Shown one piece after another: positions 27,901 through 37,504 of a DNA stretch of 64,000 nucleotides. The DNA lies in assembly GCA_051362555.1 (NCBI GenBank), contig CM120645.1, positions 8,246,001 to 8,310,000 of the forward strand, written 5' to 3'. The stretch is from Lingula anatina. Lineage: Eukaryota > Animalia > Brachiopoda. The notes under the pieces are model-generated. The model searched no databases and was not told the DNA's origin. It worked only from the letters and a program-made list of their open reading frames with translations. The position numbers were made by a program, and so were the translations under genes. Each line of letters starts with the position of its first letter. The first letter of the stretch is position 1.

Positions 27901-30628
27901 TGGATATCTATATTTAAATAATATTTACCCCTTAGTTCCTAGTTTTGACTTCTGCCATTAACAGTGCTATGTTAGATAAAGAGCAATTGGATAATTATTT
28001 AATCCTTTGTTTTTTTAGGGGGTGACATTTAATTTATTTTGTGCTCTATGCTTTTAAAACTGTCTCTTAAAATATTCTGTGGTATTTTTAAAGAAAAAAA
28101 AAATCAAAATTTAATACCAAAGGTTGAATTCTGTCCAAATAGGTGCGCCAGTCTGGATCTAACAGTGCAACAGCGCTTCCGCTGGGTCAACTGCCGCATT
28201 GACACCGAACCAGTGAGGGGGCTCCTATCCCGACAGCTGTACCGCCGCCTCATCAGCAAATATGGCGGCCGTTTACCCCCGTCGGATGATCCAGTCTATC
28301 GCGCCGTGGAATGGGTGATATGTGTGTGGCAGAGATTGAACGATGGCCTGGGAAAACTGGGGCTACCAGAGCTAGTGTTTGGGCCTAGTCATTTCTTGGT
28401 GTGCCCTATAGAGGTGAATCAGCCCAAGAATATTCTCAGGTAAGCCTGGGGTCAAATACAGTAGACGTTTGGATAAGTGTGTCAGTTGTTTGAGATATTC
28501 TGGGCCTGGGAAAACTGGGGCTACCAGAGCTAGTGTTTGGGCCTAGTCATTTCTTGGTGTGCCCTATAGAGGTGAATCAGCCCAAGAATATTCTCAGGTA
28601 AGCCTGGGGTCAAATACAGTAGACGTTTGGATAAGTGTGTCAGTTGTTTGAGATATTCAAGGATTTGAGCTTGGTAATGTTTAAATATCCTCAGCTAATT
28701 GCAAAAAAAAAAAATGCAAAGATTTGAGCTTGTTAATGTCTATATGCCCTCAGCTAATTTCAAAAAGAAAAAAGAAGAAAAAAGTGACATGACTCACCTA
28801 TAACAGTTTCTTTGTAAAAAGTACATATGACTTTTTAGATCTTTCTAAATATTATCTGCTGAAATCTTGGTTCTATAGAGAATAAAAGACAACAGGTTCA
28901 CACATGATCAGTCTCATCTCATCTTTCTTCTATTGTAACAACAGCAGCATTAAGGGAACAGCATATATCCTTTGTGTCTAAGAATTGTAGATATATTACT
29001 ATTATAAGTTTTATATTTATAAACTTTTTAGGCTGTTTCTGAATGCTGTTACAATTCAGCATTTTGTTTTTACTTTATTTTTGTATAGCTGCAATTGTAC
29101 AAATATAAAACATTTTCTCATTCAGGTGGTTGAGTTTGCTGTGGAACCACACAATTGCACCTGCAGTGTCCGAGGCTGTGGTCAGGGGTTCAGGGGCCGC
29201 AGACGTCACTTCAGAAGGACAACAGAAAGTAGTGAACACTGCTCTGTATGTGTTAATGCAGCGCTCAGTGGTCACTGGATGTCCACTCAGTGGTCAAGGT
29301 GAGGCCCTTTTTGGGAAATTGGTGATTCAATAAAAGATCAAGTAAATGTCTGGTTATTTATAGCCGACTTAATCATGTATGATGATTATTTAGCACAAGC
29401 TGAAAATATTTGCCATACTGTTCAGGGCCAGATCCAGATATATTCTCTGACAGTCTTCCAAATTATCTTTGTTGATTCTTCCTCAATTTTGACCATCTTC
29501 CAACAAAAAAAATGAGATACCCGTCAATGTAAACTTGAAAAATTCTGACCGTTTTCCAGGAGACCCAGAAAACAGCTTCCATCCGCCCCTGCGGTTAGCT
29601 TTATAGATATGTTACCTACAGTTAAGATTTTGAAAGTATAGTTAAAAACAAAATTTTTTTTTTAATTTTCACAGAAAAAGAGCGCTACCTCTCCAGTTTC
29701 CATGGAAGCAATGAACTTGACATTCAGATGAGAGAGAGGGGTCGTCACCGTGGTCACAGAGAAATGTCGCCAGTGTTGACACCAGATTTGTCACCAGATG
29801 ACGCCACTGCTTCACCACTCAAACAGTTTGAAGTGGCTAAAACTCATGAGGATCTGGCGTTGAGGTCAGTCTATGTACAGACATTGCCTTTTTAATTATT
29901 TGTAGAAAAGCAGGAAGGCAATCACCATGTTAAAAGTGTAAGTGAGAAGGAAATGACAGAATGAATTTTGGGATATGCTGCATTACTTTTGAACAAATAA
30001 AACACACTGTGTACCATGAAGAGTAGGGCCAAGTGAGAGGAAATGAGACATATTATTACCCTGTAAAATGAGAATAATTTTTTAAAATGTTAATTTCAGT
30101 TCCAAAAGGCCAATATCAAGTTTCCATGAAGGCAGATCATCCAGTTTCTCTTCCCCCTCCTCCACCTCCTCGGCATTCTCATCATCAGCACTGGGTAAAG
30201 CAGCACCACCTAGCAGTATCAATGTTCCCACAAGTAGATCAGAGACAGAACTCAATTACATGCAGAAGAAAATGCGCAGACACGAAATCAGCTCGGATGG
30301 AAAATCTGGGTCACCACGGTGTGGCATGGCCGTGCCTGTCAGGAAGTACGACTTAAACGTAGGGGGAGCTGGTGGAGGGAGATCAAGTCCAGTTCGATCT
30401 CGAAGCCCTCCAGATCCAATGATTCATATTGGAGCTGCACAGAGTCTATCTCTTCTTACAGACGATGCTAATTTGTCATCTTTTGATAATAAAAATGGCA
30501 CACAATCGGTGACAGAGCCGAGAGCGCAGTCCATGACTCAGAGACTGCGAGAGGACTACTTTAGGGACATGATGACACCTGCTAGGACAGAAAAAAGCCC
30601 AAGTCCAGAAATCCAGAAAGTGCAATAG
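777..30628 (+). CDS. CTTNBP2: Cortactin-binding protein 2 orthologue, long isoform, 20 coding exons, about 1580 aa
   Basis: The 20 exons listed below all have AG/GT ends and consistent phases (sum 4743 nt, stop at 30626-30628). Motifs: CortBP2 N-terminus (LLSYLEGELQARDVVI; DPFYALQRD; KHAQDTAQGDDVTYMLEKERERL), PPPIPPNKP, ankyrin repeats, C-terminal P-loop domain. The start is the ATG at 789 or lies in an exon upstream. Confidence 0.93.
1225..1288. repeat. (CT)n(CA)n microsatellite
   Basis: Direct reading. Confidence 0.95.
2755..3207 (+). repeat. Dispersed repeat family B (one full and one partial copy)
   Basis: ggggagtctcactagattac..gctgtaagggggtaattaac..gggagttaggtcgatct; inverted copy at about 43527-43740. 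Confidence 0.7.
4746..4900 (+). mobile_element. Dispersed MITE family A copy
   Basis: Shares caaaaatggaggatggatca..aaagataatttggaagactgtcagaaaatatctctggatc with 29423-29591, 47268-47421 and 54478-54646. Confidence 0.8.
5238..5307. repeat. (CA)n microsatellite
   Basis: Direct reading. Confidence 0.95.
8983..9222 (+). CDS. CTTNBP2: CTTNBP2 exon 2
   Basis: AEKARQVLYQAKYGRVGLADPFYALQRD...KKYHK; 240 nt, phase 0-0. Confidence 0.9.
9570..9677 (+). CDS. CTTNBP2: CTTNBP2 exon 3
   Basis: VLSELEDEKRKHAQDTAQGDDVTYMLEKERERLRNE; AG/GT ends. Confidence 0.92.
11967..13217 (+). CDS. CTTNBP2: CTTNBP2 exon 4 (coiled coil plus Pro-rich region)
   Basis: ORF 12009-13238; ttgtag acceptor; cag|gtttgt donor after 13217; read-through stop ends at 13238. 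Confidence 0.9.
18476..18584 (+). CDS. CTTNBP2: CTTNBP2 exon 5
   Basis: QLPSDPNRPMSSSDNNLDFLGQEMADLQELLVSMAT; NAGNAG acceptor, g|gtaaag donor; phase fits exon 6. Confidence 0.78.
22717..22998 (+). CDS. CTTNBP2: CTTNBP2 exon 6 (Ser-rich, first ankyrin repeat)
   Basis: DGKNALHLAVECGHF; AG/GT ends. Confidence 0.88.
23187..23289 (+). CDS. CTTNBP2: CTTNBP2 exon 7 (ankyrin)
   Basis: ECLKLLLEHGANPN...GLTPLHAAAKLG. Confidence 0.9.
23530..23680 (+). CDS. CTTNBP2: CTTNBP2 exon 8 (ankyrin)
   Basis: GWTPLVWSAYSGHTDICKLLL; gtaagt donor. Confidence 0.9.
24305..24514 (+). CDS. CTTNBP2: CTTNBP2 exon 9 (ankyrin)
   Basis: EGWTCAHAATQAGHTECIELLL...VNVADVEGRTIAHMAA. Confidence 0.9.
24520..24995 (+). repeat. 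Degenerate tandem repeat of about 103 bp (about 4.6 copies) filling CTTNBP2 intron 9 and running into exon 10
   Basis: Unit tcataaaatt..aagacctgccatc...ag gactgcttgaccttgatgacctctcac; acceptor-position dinucleotides end at 24552, 24654, 24755, 24860 and 24964. Confidence 0.85.
24965..25082 (+). CDS. CTTNBP2: CTTNBP2 exon 10
   Basis: DCLTLMTTHCDLDLDCRDKNGRTVYDVASKACKELLESL; phases fit neighbours. Confidence 0.87.
25353..25643 (+). CDS. CTTNBP2: CTTNBP2 exon 11
   Basis: ORF 25370-25654; AG/GT ends, phase 1-1. Confidence 0.87.
25959..26054 (+). CDS. CTTNBP2: CTTNBP2 exon 12
   Basis: QHSWSPGTPSTKSPFEILCNNETKKISIELF. Confidence 0.85.
26280..26359 (+). CDS. CTTNBP2: CTTNBP2 exon 13
   Basis: GCQDALSYETLIPATTLQNYLRL. 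Confidence 0.88.
26612..26698 (+). CDS. CTTNBP2: CTTNBP2 exon 14 (Walker A-like GPVGSSKT)
   Basis: IEQYKNVVFYGPVGSSKTYLARTLAYCIQ. Confidence 0.9.
27045..27300 (+). CDS. CTTNBP2: CTTNBP2 exon 15 (Walker B-like ILILDD)
   Basis: ORF 27087-27308; AG/GT ends. Confidence 0.88.
27724..27793 (+). CDS. CTTNBP2: CTTNBP2 exon 16
   Basis: FYLTENCYIIGTMDRT, AAA+ sensor-1-like strand. Confidence 0.88.
28143..28439 (+). CDS. CTTNBP2: CTTNBP2 exon 17
   Basis: LDLTVQQRFRWV...VWQRLNDGLGKLGLPELVFGPSHFLVCP. Confidence 0.9.
28345..28658 (+). repeat. 156-bp tandem duplication spanning the exon 17 splice donor
   Basis: 28345-28500 equals 28503-28658 by eye. Confidence 0.9.
29126..29298 (+). CDS. CTTNBP2: CTTNBP2 exon 18
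   Basis: WLSLLWNHTIAPAVSEAV...VLMQRSVVTGCPL. Confidence 0.9.
29423..29591 (-). mobile_element. MITE family A copy with both CAGGGGCGGAT-type termini
   Basis: cagggccagatccaga ... catccgcccctg; reverse complement of the family A core. Confidence 0.75.
29675..29864 (+). CDS. CTTNBP2: CTTNBP2 exon 19
   Basis: Open frame KERYLSSFHGSNELDIQM...; AG/GT ends; phase 1-2. Confidence 0.82.
30100..30628 (+). CDS. CTTNBP2: CTTNBP2 terminal exon 20
   Basis: tttcag acceptor; Ser-rich open frame continuous with ORF 30260-30628 to TAG. Confidence 0.85.
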
Positions 30629-30950
30629 ATGCGAGTCACTGTTTACTAGAGTTAATCTGAATTCCATATCATATTAAATGCCATGTAAAATAGCATGTAG
30701 CTATACACAATGTACAAGAATGTAATGAATATGTAGATTTGCATGTTAAGTGTATACATCTTAATGTGATGTCATTAGCAATGATTTTTACAGCGTAAGG
30801 GGTAGAGAGGAATTCTATTTGTGATTTCAAGGAATTTTTTTCATAACTGTAATTTTGTTCACCTTGGAAAGCCGATCAGCCTTAAGCAGTTGTTATACCT
30901 CATCCCAGTTTGTATTGAAAATATATTTCAGAAACTGGGGATCAACATAT

Positions 30951-30952
30951 AT

Positions 30953-31003
<51 letters not shown>

Positions 31004-31006
31004 TTT
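30951..31006. repeat. (ATTT)n microsatellite downstream of the CTTNBP2 stop
   Basis: Direct reading. Confidence 0.9.
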
Positions 31007-33279
31007 TAGAGAGGGAAGCTGGATATTCTCTCAATTGCCCTCAATCATCAGTAAATAAATGTCTGTATATATGCAGGATATAGCAACTCCAAAATATTTC
31101 ATGACAATAATCCTCATGAGATAAAGTGCTAAAATATGGAAGAAATACAATTTTAATTATTGTGCTAACAATTAAGTATAGGTAAATTTTATCTTGTAAA
31201 TATTAAAAGGGCACAAGAGCAATATGATACATATATGGTCAAGAAATGTGGGAGTTCATTGGTTTGAGTGGGGGCAGTTGGGGTTAGGAATTTACAACAC
31301 AAACTTAGATTTATTATCATCATGGGAGAAGTAGTAGGAATGATGAACGTTTTAAAGCTGGAGGCTCAGAGGGTGGGTTGGTTGCTGTTAATACAGCATA
31401 GTAATATCAACTGCACATTTGACAATTATTTGTGTAGCTGCTGAAATGCCAATCTGGATGGTGTTGACATTGTGTGATTGAATTGAGGGAGGTTCACGTT
31501 ATAATATGATGCCATTTTTACTTCATACAGGAACATGCATATCAAATGCAAAGAACAAGAAATCCAGAGGGAATGTGAATATGAGCTAGATGTATAAGAA
31601 GGCATGTGGCTTAAAAAAACAATGTCGCATACAGTTTTAATTCCCTGTTTTCAGGGGCTGTTCTTAAACCTGGTTAATAGATGGGTAAAAAAAAAGAACA
31701 CTGTTTATCATACCAGCTGTTTTTAAAACCAAACTTGGACTTGATTTAATTTTATCTTATGGGCTGGTCTCTTAGTCTTTTCTATTCATTTTTCTTAAAA
31801 AGGGACATCACTAAAATGGTACCAAGAAAGAAAGTGGTGCCAAGTTGGTATTTGAAAAAGGATAAATGTCAGCATGATCACTGGAGGATTCAGCAATGGA
31901 AGGGGGGGGTGAGGGGGTACCACCTTTCTCTCTCCACGAAAAAGTACAAGTTAAATGAAATTTAACCAAATACTTTTTCATTCCCACCCGTACCATACAA
32001 ATTACATAAAAATTGACCTTTTATAGTATTTTGTATTTGCTTTACTTCATCTGTCAAAAATAGCCTTGTTCTCCCCCCCCCCATATCATCAAACCCCTGG
32101 ATCCAAGAGTGCATCATTCATTTTATAGTGTCATTACACAGTTTAGTAATAATGTAGATAATTGACCATATCATGAGGGCGAGTCTTTTTATCATCTCAC
32201 TTTGTGCCATCATCAACAGTATTGTGTACATCTCGCTTGCGTTTTGCTGCCTTTTAGTTCAGTTTACTCTCTGTACTTTACACTTTACAAAAATTGTGCT
32301 GTACTGTGCTGCCAAATTATCAGAAAAACATTGATGTAGATCAAATGTTCCAAAATGTATGCAAAGAATATTACTAAGACAGTTATGAAGAACTGTCCTA
32401 AGTTTTGGTATGGGCCATTTTGTATTTTCTATGATACTAATCATATGATTATGATAAATATGGTAGTAAATTGTAATAGTAACTTTTCTTTATGTTTGCT
32501 CTGAGGCAATGCAAACATAAAACTCTAGGTTCAAAGTGAAAAGTTTGTTTGAGTTGTACTTTTCAGTAGTGACAATTTATTTTATGAGTAGAATGAGCAT
32601 ACATTGTGTAGGGCTAAATATCAATATTAAATTTCAATAAAGAGATGGTATTTTCTCCTCTCATAATAATGATTAACATGAGTTGATTTTTATTAAAAAT
32701 GTGAAGAAAGTACCTTTGTGCACAGGCTTGAATAAATTTTTCACAATCCCTACCTTCAAATTGGAATGCCTTAACAAATATAGATCTGTTTGCTAATCCA
32801 GTTTTTATGTTAAGATGACCCATTATTTAATTGAATAGTATGCTTTTGATATGATAACTCCATACAAGTCTTTATAAAAGACTTACTACCATTATTGCCT
32901 TCATATTGTAAGGTTCTTGCATCATGGGATTAAAAAAATCAATAAATAATTTCTCCTTAATTTTTACCCCTGCTGATGTATATTGTTAATCATCATTCAT
33001 TGCTACATTTATCAGTTAAAATAACGAATGCCAAATGAATTTTAATGTATCAGGTTTCAAAACGCCAATGCAAGATTTTATTAAATCTTTGTTTAACTCC
33101 TTTATTCTTTGACGCCAAGCACATGTTCATTTGTTCTGTTTAATTGTAATATACAGTGGGTATTAAAATGGACCATAGGTTTATACAAGCATTTATTCTG
33201 CACTTGTTTATATTAAAATATTGTATGGGGTATTGCCCTTAAGTATTATTTTTCTGTTAAAAATCCATACTTTATGTTA

Positions 33280-33361
33280 CAGGCCCGTAGCCAATAATTT
33301 CAAAAGTTTTTTTTTTTCCTGAAAAAGTGGACCTTTTACCATGAAACCTAGATCGGCAAAA

Positions 33362-33394
<33 letters not shown>

Positions 33395-33438
33395 TTCGAA
33401 CCCCCCGACCCCCCCCCCAGGGTCTGGTTACGGGCCTG
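33280..33438. mobile_element. Small MITE with CAGGCCCGTAGCCA-type TIRs and an internal (GT)n
   Basis: caggcccgtagcca ... tggttacgggcctg; flanks tgtta / tgtca. Confidence 0.6.
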
Positions 33439-33914
33439 TGTCAAGTGCTTGCTTAATGACGCTGTCTGAAAAGTAAATCAGAACAAAATGGACCCAGATA
33501 AGAGAAAGCATTCTTGTTACTTGCGCTCAGACGTGCAGAGCTGAATCTGCGCGAGGGAAATTCATAAGAAACATGGTTGCATGTTTGAATCCTGTTCTCT
33601 AGTCTCCTAGTCAAGCAGAACTCTTGTTTCAAACGAATTAATTTCTGTATAAAGAACGTCCAAGCGAGTTCGTCACAGGGGCTGATCCAGGATAATTTGA
33701 AGGGGGGTCAGGGACGATAGGCCTCTGATGCGAAGCCGACCATCGCCCCCTTTGTGTAGGGTTCGGACCTGCTCAAGGGTGTTTTGGAGAACAAACAGTG
33801 CCCTTTTGTGCGGTTTAGAACTATAATTTAGTTCGACGAAATCCTACGTTCACGAGGGGAATATTGGTGTGATATATTTTTCAGAAACCGAAGGGAGATT
33901 CAGGACCCCGTGAC

Positions 33915-34090
33915 GGGTGTGCCTAATTACCGTCGACAACCGAGCACAACCGAGCACTACCGAACACTACCGTCCACAAGCACTAATTACCGTCCACAAG
34001 CAATAAATACCGCACACAAGCGTCCTCCCGTATGAAATAGTTGTAAAATCAACTAATAGTTAGAAATTTAGCATAAGATGGTGATTTATT
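33915..34090 (+). repeat. Left TIR with internal ACCGAGCACA / ACCGTCCACAAGCA short repeats (probable transposase-binding sites)
   Basis: Reverse complement of 42742-42917. Confidence 0.92.
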
Positions 34091-34524
34091 GGAAAAAACG
34101 GTCTCTGTACGTGTATAAATATAAGCCACATTTGTGCACTTTTAACAGCAGTAACGCTTTTTTAACAGCTTTTATCCAAGTGCAGCGACGCATTTTTATC
34201 TAATCTCAAAACCAAATTCTAAGTTTATTTATTTATTGTATTATTCTATTATTTTACTCTGTACATTGCTCCGAAAGGAAAATGATTTCCGAATTTTATA
34301 ATTGGCTAAATTAACTCTTATCTTATTATATCTAAATGTGGTTATTTCAATAAATAAAAAGAATATTACGAATCTATAGTTTCACCCTACTTCGTTTTTA
34401 GAATGATTGAATGAAGGACGGTTATAAGCGTACATAAAGAATGTTTTTATCTACTATGGATAGAATAGAACTTTTCCGGTAATTTAATATTCCACTTTAG
34501 TGGACCTTTTAAACATTCGCCGAC

Positions 34525-35045
34525 TAGGCGCGCCTCCGGTATACTTTAAAGTAAAATTGAAATTCTAATTACCTTTGATCATTCAAAGACAGATAAGTTG
34601 ATTGACGTAGGTCGGTCGCGTGCCTCCGGTAAACGTTGAAGCAGAACTGAAATTCTAATTACCTTTTATCATCTGGAGGCAGATAAGTTGATTGGCGTTG
34701 GTCGACCGTGTGCCTCTGGTATATATATTTTTACTTGCCTTTGATCATCAAGGTACAGGTGAGGTGATTACAATCAGGGATAAGCCGGGTGCGTGCCTCC
34801 GGTAACTTTATGCTAATTACCTTTGATCAGCCGAGGACCAGCTTCGAGGTAAGTTAAAGTGATAACAATCAGGGGTTCGCCCGTCGCGTGCCCCCGGCAA
34901 ACAGATCGTACTTACCTTTGATCATCTACGGACTGGTAAGATGATTTCAATCAGGGGTACCCCGGTCGTGAGCCAATGATGTTTGGAGCCAAGAGTGCTG
35001 AATACATAAAAAGCAAGTGTCCTCCGTTGGTTATCCATCATTCCA
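34525..35045 (+). promoter_or_regulatory. Putative SGNH-gene promoter: five 76-95-bp units each with CCTTTGATC (TCF/LEF-type site), then CCAAT, CATAAAA and a TCATTC initiator-like motif
   Basis: CCTTTGATC at 34572, 34738, 34820 and 34915; CCTTTTATC at 34662; CCAAT at 34973; CATAAAA at 35005; TCATTC at 35038; ATG at 35049. Confidence 0.55.
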
Positions 35046-35048
35046 ACC

Positions 35049-35651
35049 ATGTCTGGAAAGCAAGACGGGCCGAGTATTCTTATCTTAGGAGACTCTCACA
35101 TCAGGCGGTTGCGGGACGACCATTTGCGAGCCCCAGGTGAATGTAGACGACATATGGATCCTCAATTCTGTCTCCGCTCGGCGAAAGTTACCTTGTATGG
35201 TGTCGGAGGGTTGACGGCCGTGCACTTTGACCGTAGCCGTCAACACTTCGACATCATACGAAGAACCAAAGCTGATATTGTCTATATTCACTTGGGGGTG
35301 AATGATCTCCTGCCACCACGGCGTAGGGGCTCCAAGAAGAAAACTCTGGCACCTGAAGACCTGGCTCAGGTTCTCCTTCACCTGGCCAGGAGAGTGAAGG
35401 CATGCGGAGTAAGGCAGGTCATCGTTGGAGAGATACTTCCGCTATCTCCCGGGACAAATGAAAACGTTATGAAAGCGGTCAAGAAATGCAATACATTAGT
35501 CAAAGACGCTTTATTGCATGAAGAGGGTGTACGCTTTTGGAGTCACACGCGACTCAGGAGGCCCAACACTTCGTATTTTAAGGAGGATGGTCTGCACCTC
35601 TCGGCATCAGGTTACTTTTACCTGTATAAGAGCGCATTCTCAACGAATTAA
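35049..35651 (+). CDS. SGNH/GDSL-family hydrolase (esterase/lipase-like), intronless, transposon-borne, 200 aa
   Basis: Block I ILILGDSH, block II GVGG, block III IHLGVNDL, block V DGLHL. The last approximately 7 codons derive from an inverted-repeat arm. Confidence 0.88.
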   Translation: MSGKQDGPSILILGDSHIRRLRDDHLRAPGECRRHMDPQFCLRSAKVTLYGVGGLTAVHFDRSRQHFDIIRRTKADIVYIHLGVNDLLPPRRRGSKKKTLAPEDLAQVLLHLARRVKACGVRQVIVGEILPLSPGTNENVMKAVKKCNTLVKDALLHEEGVRFWSHTRLRRPNTSYFKEDGLHLSASGYFYLYKSAFSTN

Positions 35652-36176
35652 GCCAGGCTTTACAAAGCCGGTGACCTAAAAATGGCGGACGTACATGAAA
35701 GAAAAACCGCCTAATCTTTTAATAGTCTCTCCGCCTCTCACACGCCTCCCCACACGTCGTCCCTGCGGGGTACAGTAATTAAATCTCGGCTCCGAACATT
35801 AATATTTCCGTGAATATCTCTGGTGATATTATCTCCGTAGATAGTCGATTCATTGCTGCTCTATGGGCCAAATTATTCCTTTTTCGTCTCTGTTTTCAAA
35901 GATAATAGAACAGAAGAGCTTTTTTCCTTCGATCGCCTTCAGCCACCGTGCTTTCTTCACCACGAGTTTAACTGATGAGCATGCGCACTTAATATTTCTC
36001 AGGTAGCTTCCGCATGGCGAACGGAGCCGAGATTTAATTACTGTACCCCGCAGGGACGACGTGTGGGGAGGCGGAGAGACTATTAAAAGATTAGGCGGTT
36101 TTTCTTTCATGTACGTCCGCCATTTTTAGGTCACCGGCTTTGTAAAGCCTGGCTTAATTCGTTGAGAATGCGCTCT
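35629..36176. repeat. Inverted repeat: arms 35629-35794 and 36022-36176, 227-bp spacer
   Basis: Arms are reverse complements apart from an 11-nt extra segment in the left arm. Confidence 0.9.
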
Positions 36177-36763
36177 AAATCCCTTCGGGGAGCCCTTGTC
36201 TCTTCGAACTCTCAATTTTGAGGGTAATTTTCAAAGGCCCTTTTCAGGGCCACCAAATTTATCGAAAAGCTATCCCAACTTGTTCAACAGTTAAAGCTCA
36301 AACGGACATACTAGGCATTCCTAGTAGACAGGCATTCAACTAGTCAGTAGGTTGGAACATATTGTAAGCCTTTCCTGAGATAAGTGGGTGGTCCTGAAAA
36401 GGACCGTTTATTGAATGTAGATGAGTCTTCATTGATCTGAGGCAACTTTTGGAGGCACCCTGGTACCACTGCCGGGTACTCTTAGTGATCTGCTTCCAAT
36501 TTGGTAGGAGCCAGGTCGTATTACCAATCTGAGCTATCGTCCAGGGTCGTAGTGTCGCAGACTTTTCACATGGGCCGAATGTCAAATCTGAAAAGAACCC
36601 GCCCCCTAAACGCAGGCAACACAATCAAGGAATTGCTGAAAGATAATCCCTTCACTTATTAGTATCATTTAAAACCGATACCTGGTCAGAAATACCAAAT
36701 ATCAATTACTTCATAAAACTGGTCGTAGAGTCGCACTTATGCGTTTATTTTTATTATTATTGT

Positions 36764-37445
36764 AACTGCTAGGGTAACCCACCACGTAGCAGAAGGAAGA
36801 ATATCTTTACACGTCTTTTTATTTAAACTGCTAGGGTAACCCACCACGTAGCAGAAAGAAAAATATCTTTACGCGTCTTTTTATTTAAACTGCTAGGGTA
36901 ACCCACCACGTAGCAGAAAGAAGAATATCTTTACGCGTTTTTTTATTTAAACTGCTAGGGTAACCCACCACGTAGCAGAAAGAAGAATATCTTTACGCGT
37001 CTTTTTATTTAAACTGCTAGGGTAACCCACCACGTAGCAGAAAGAAAAATATCTTTACGCGTCTTTTTATTTAAACTGCTAGGGTAACCCACCACGTAGC
37101 AGAAGGAAGAATATCTTTACGCGTTTTTTTATTTAAACTGCTAGGGTAACCCACCACGTAGCAGAAGGGGAAAAATCACTTTACGCGTCTTTTTATTTAA
37201 ACTGCTAGGGTAACCCACCACGTAGCAGAAAGAAGAATATCTTTACGCGTCTTTTTATTTAAACTGCTAGGGTAACCCACCACGTAGCAGAAGGGGAAAA
37301 ATCACTTTACGCGTTTATTTTATTTTATTCTATTCCAATTTATTTCATTCTGATTTATTTGATTTGATTTGGGAAACTGCTACCACGTAGCATAAGGAAA
37401 ATATCATTTGGCGTTCTTTTTATTGAAACTGCTAAAGTAACCCAT
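36764..37445. repeat. 62-bp minisatellite, 9 copies plus degenerate tail
   Basis: Unit aactgctagggtaacccaccacgtagcagaaagaagaatatctttacgcgtctttttattta starts at 36764, 36826, 36888, 36950, 37012, 37074, 37136, 37200 and 37262. Confidence 0.95.
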
Positions 37446-37504
37446 ATCTTTTATCTCTTTTTCTTTCTATTTAAAAAAAGTCATCATTTTACGCGAGTTT
37501 GGTT

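Noticed and set aside
35629-36176. MITE inserted into the SGNH gene
   Set aside because: The flanks (ctgtata / aaatccc) show no target-site duplication.
36764-37320. CRISPR array (palindromic repeat at regular spacing)
   Set aside because: The intervening segments are near-identical rather than unique spacers, there are no cas genes, and the context is eukaryotic; it is a minisatellite.
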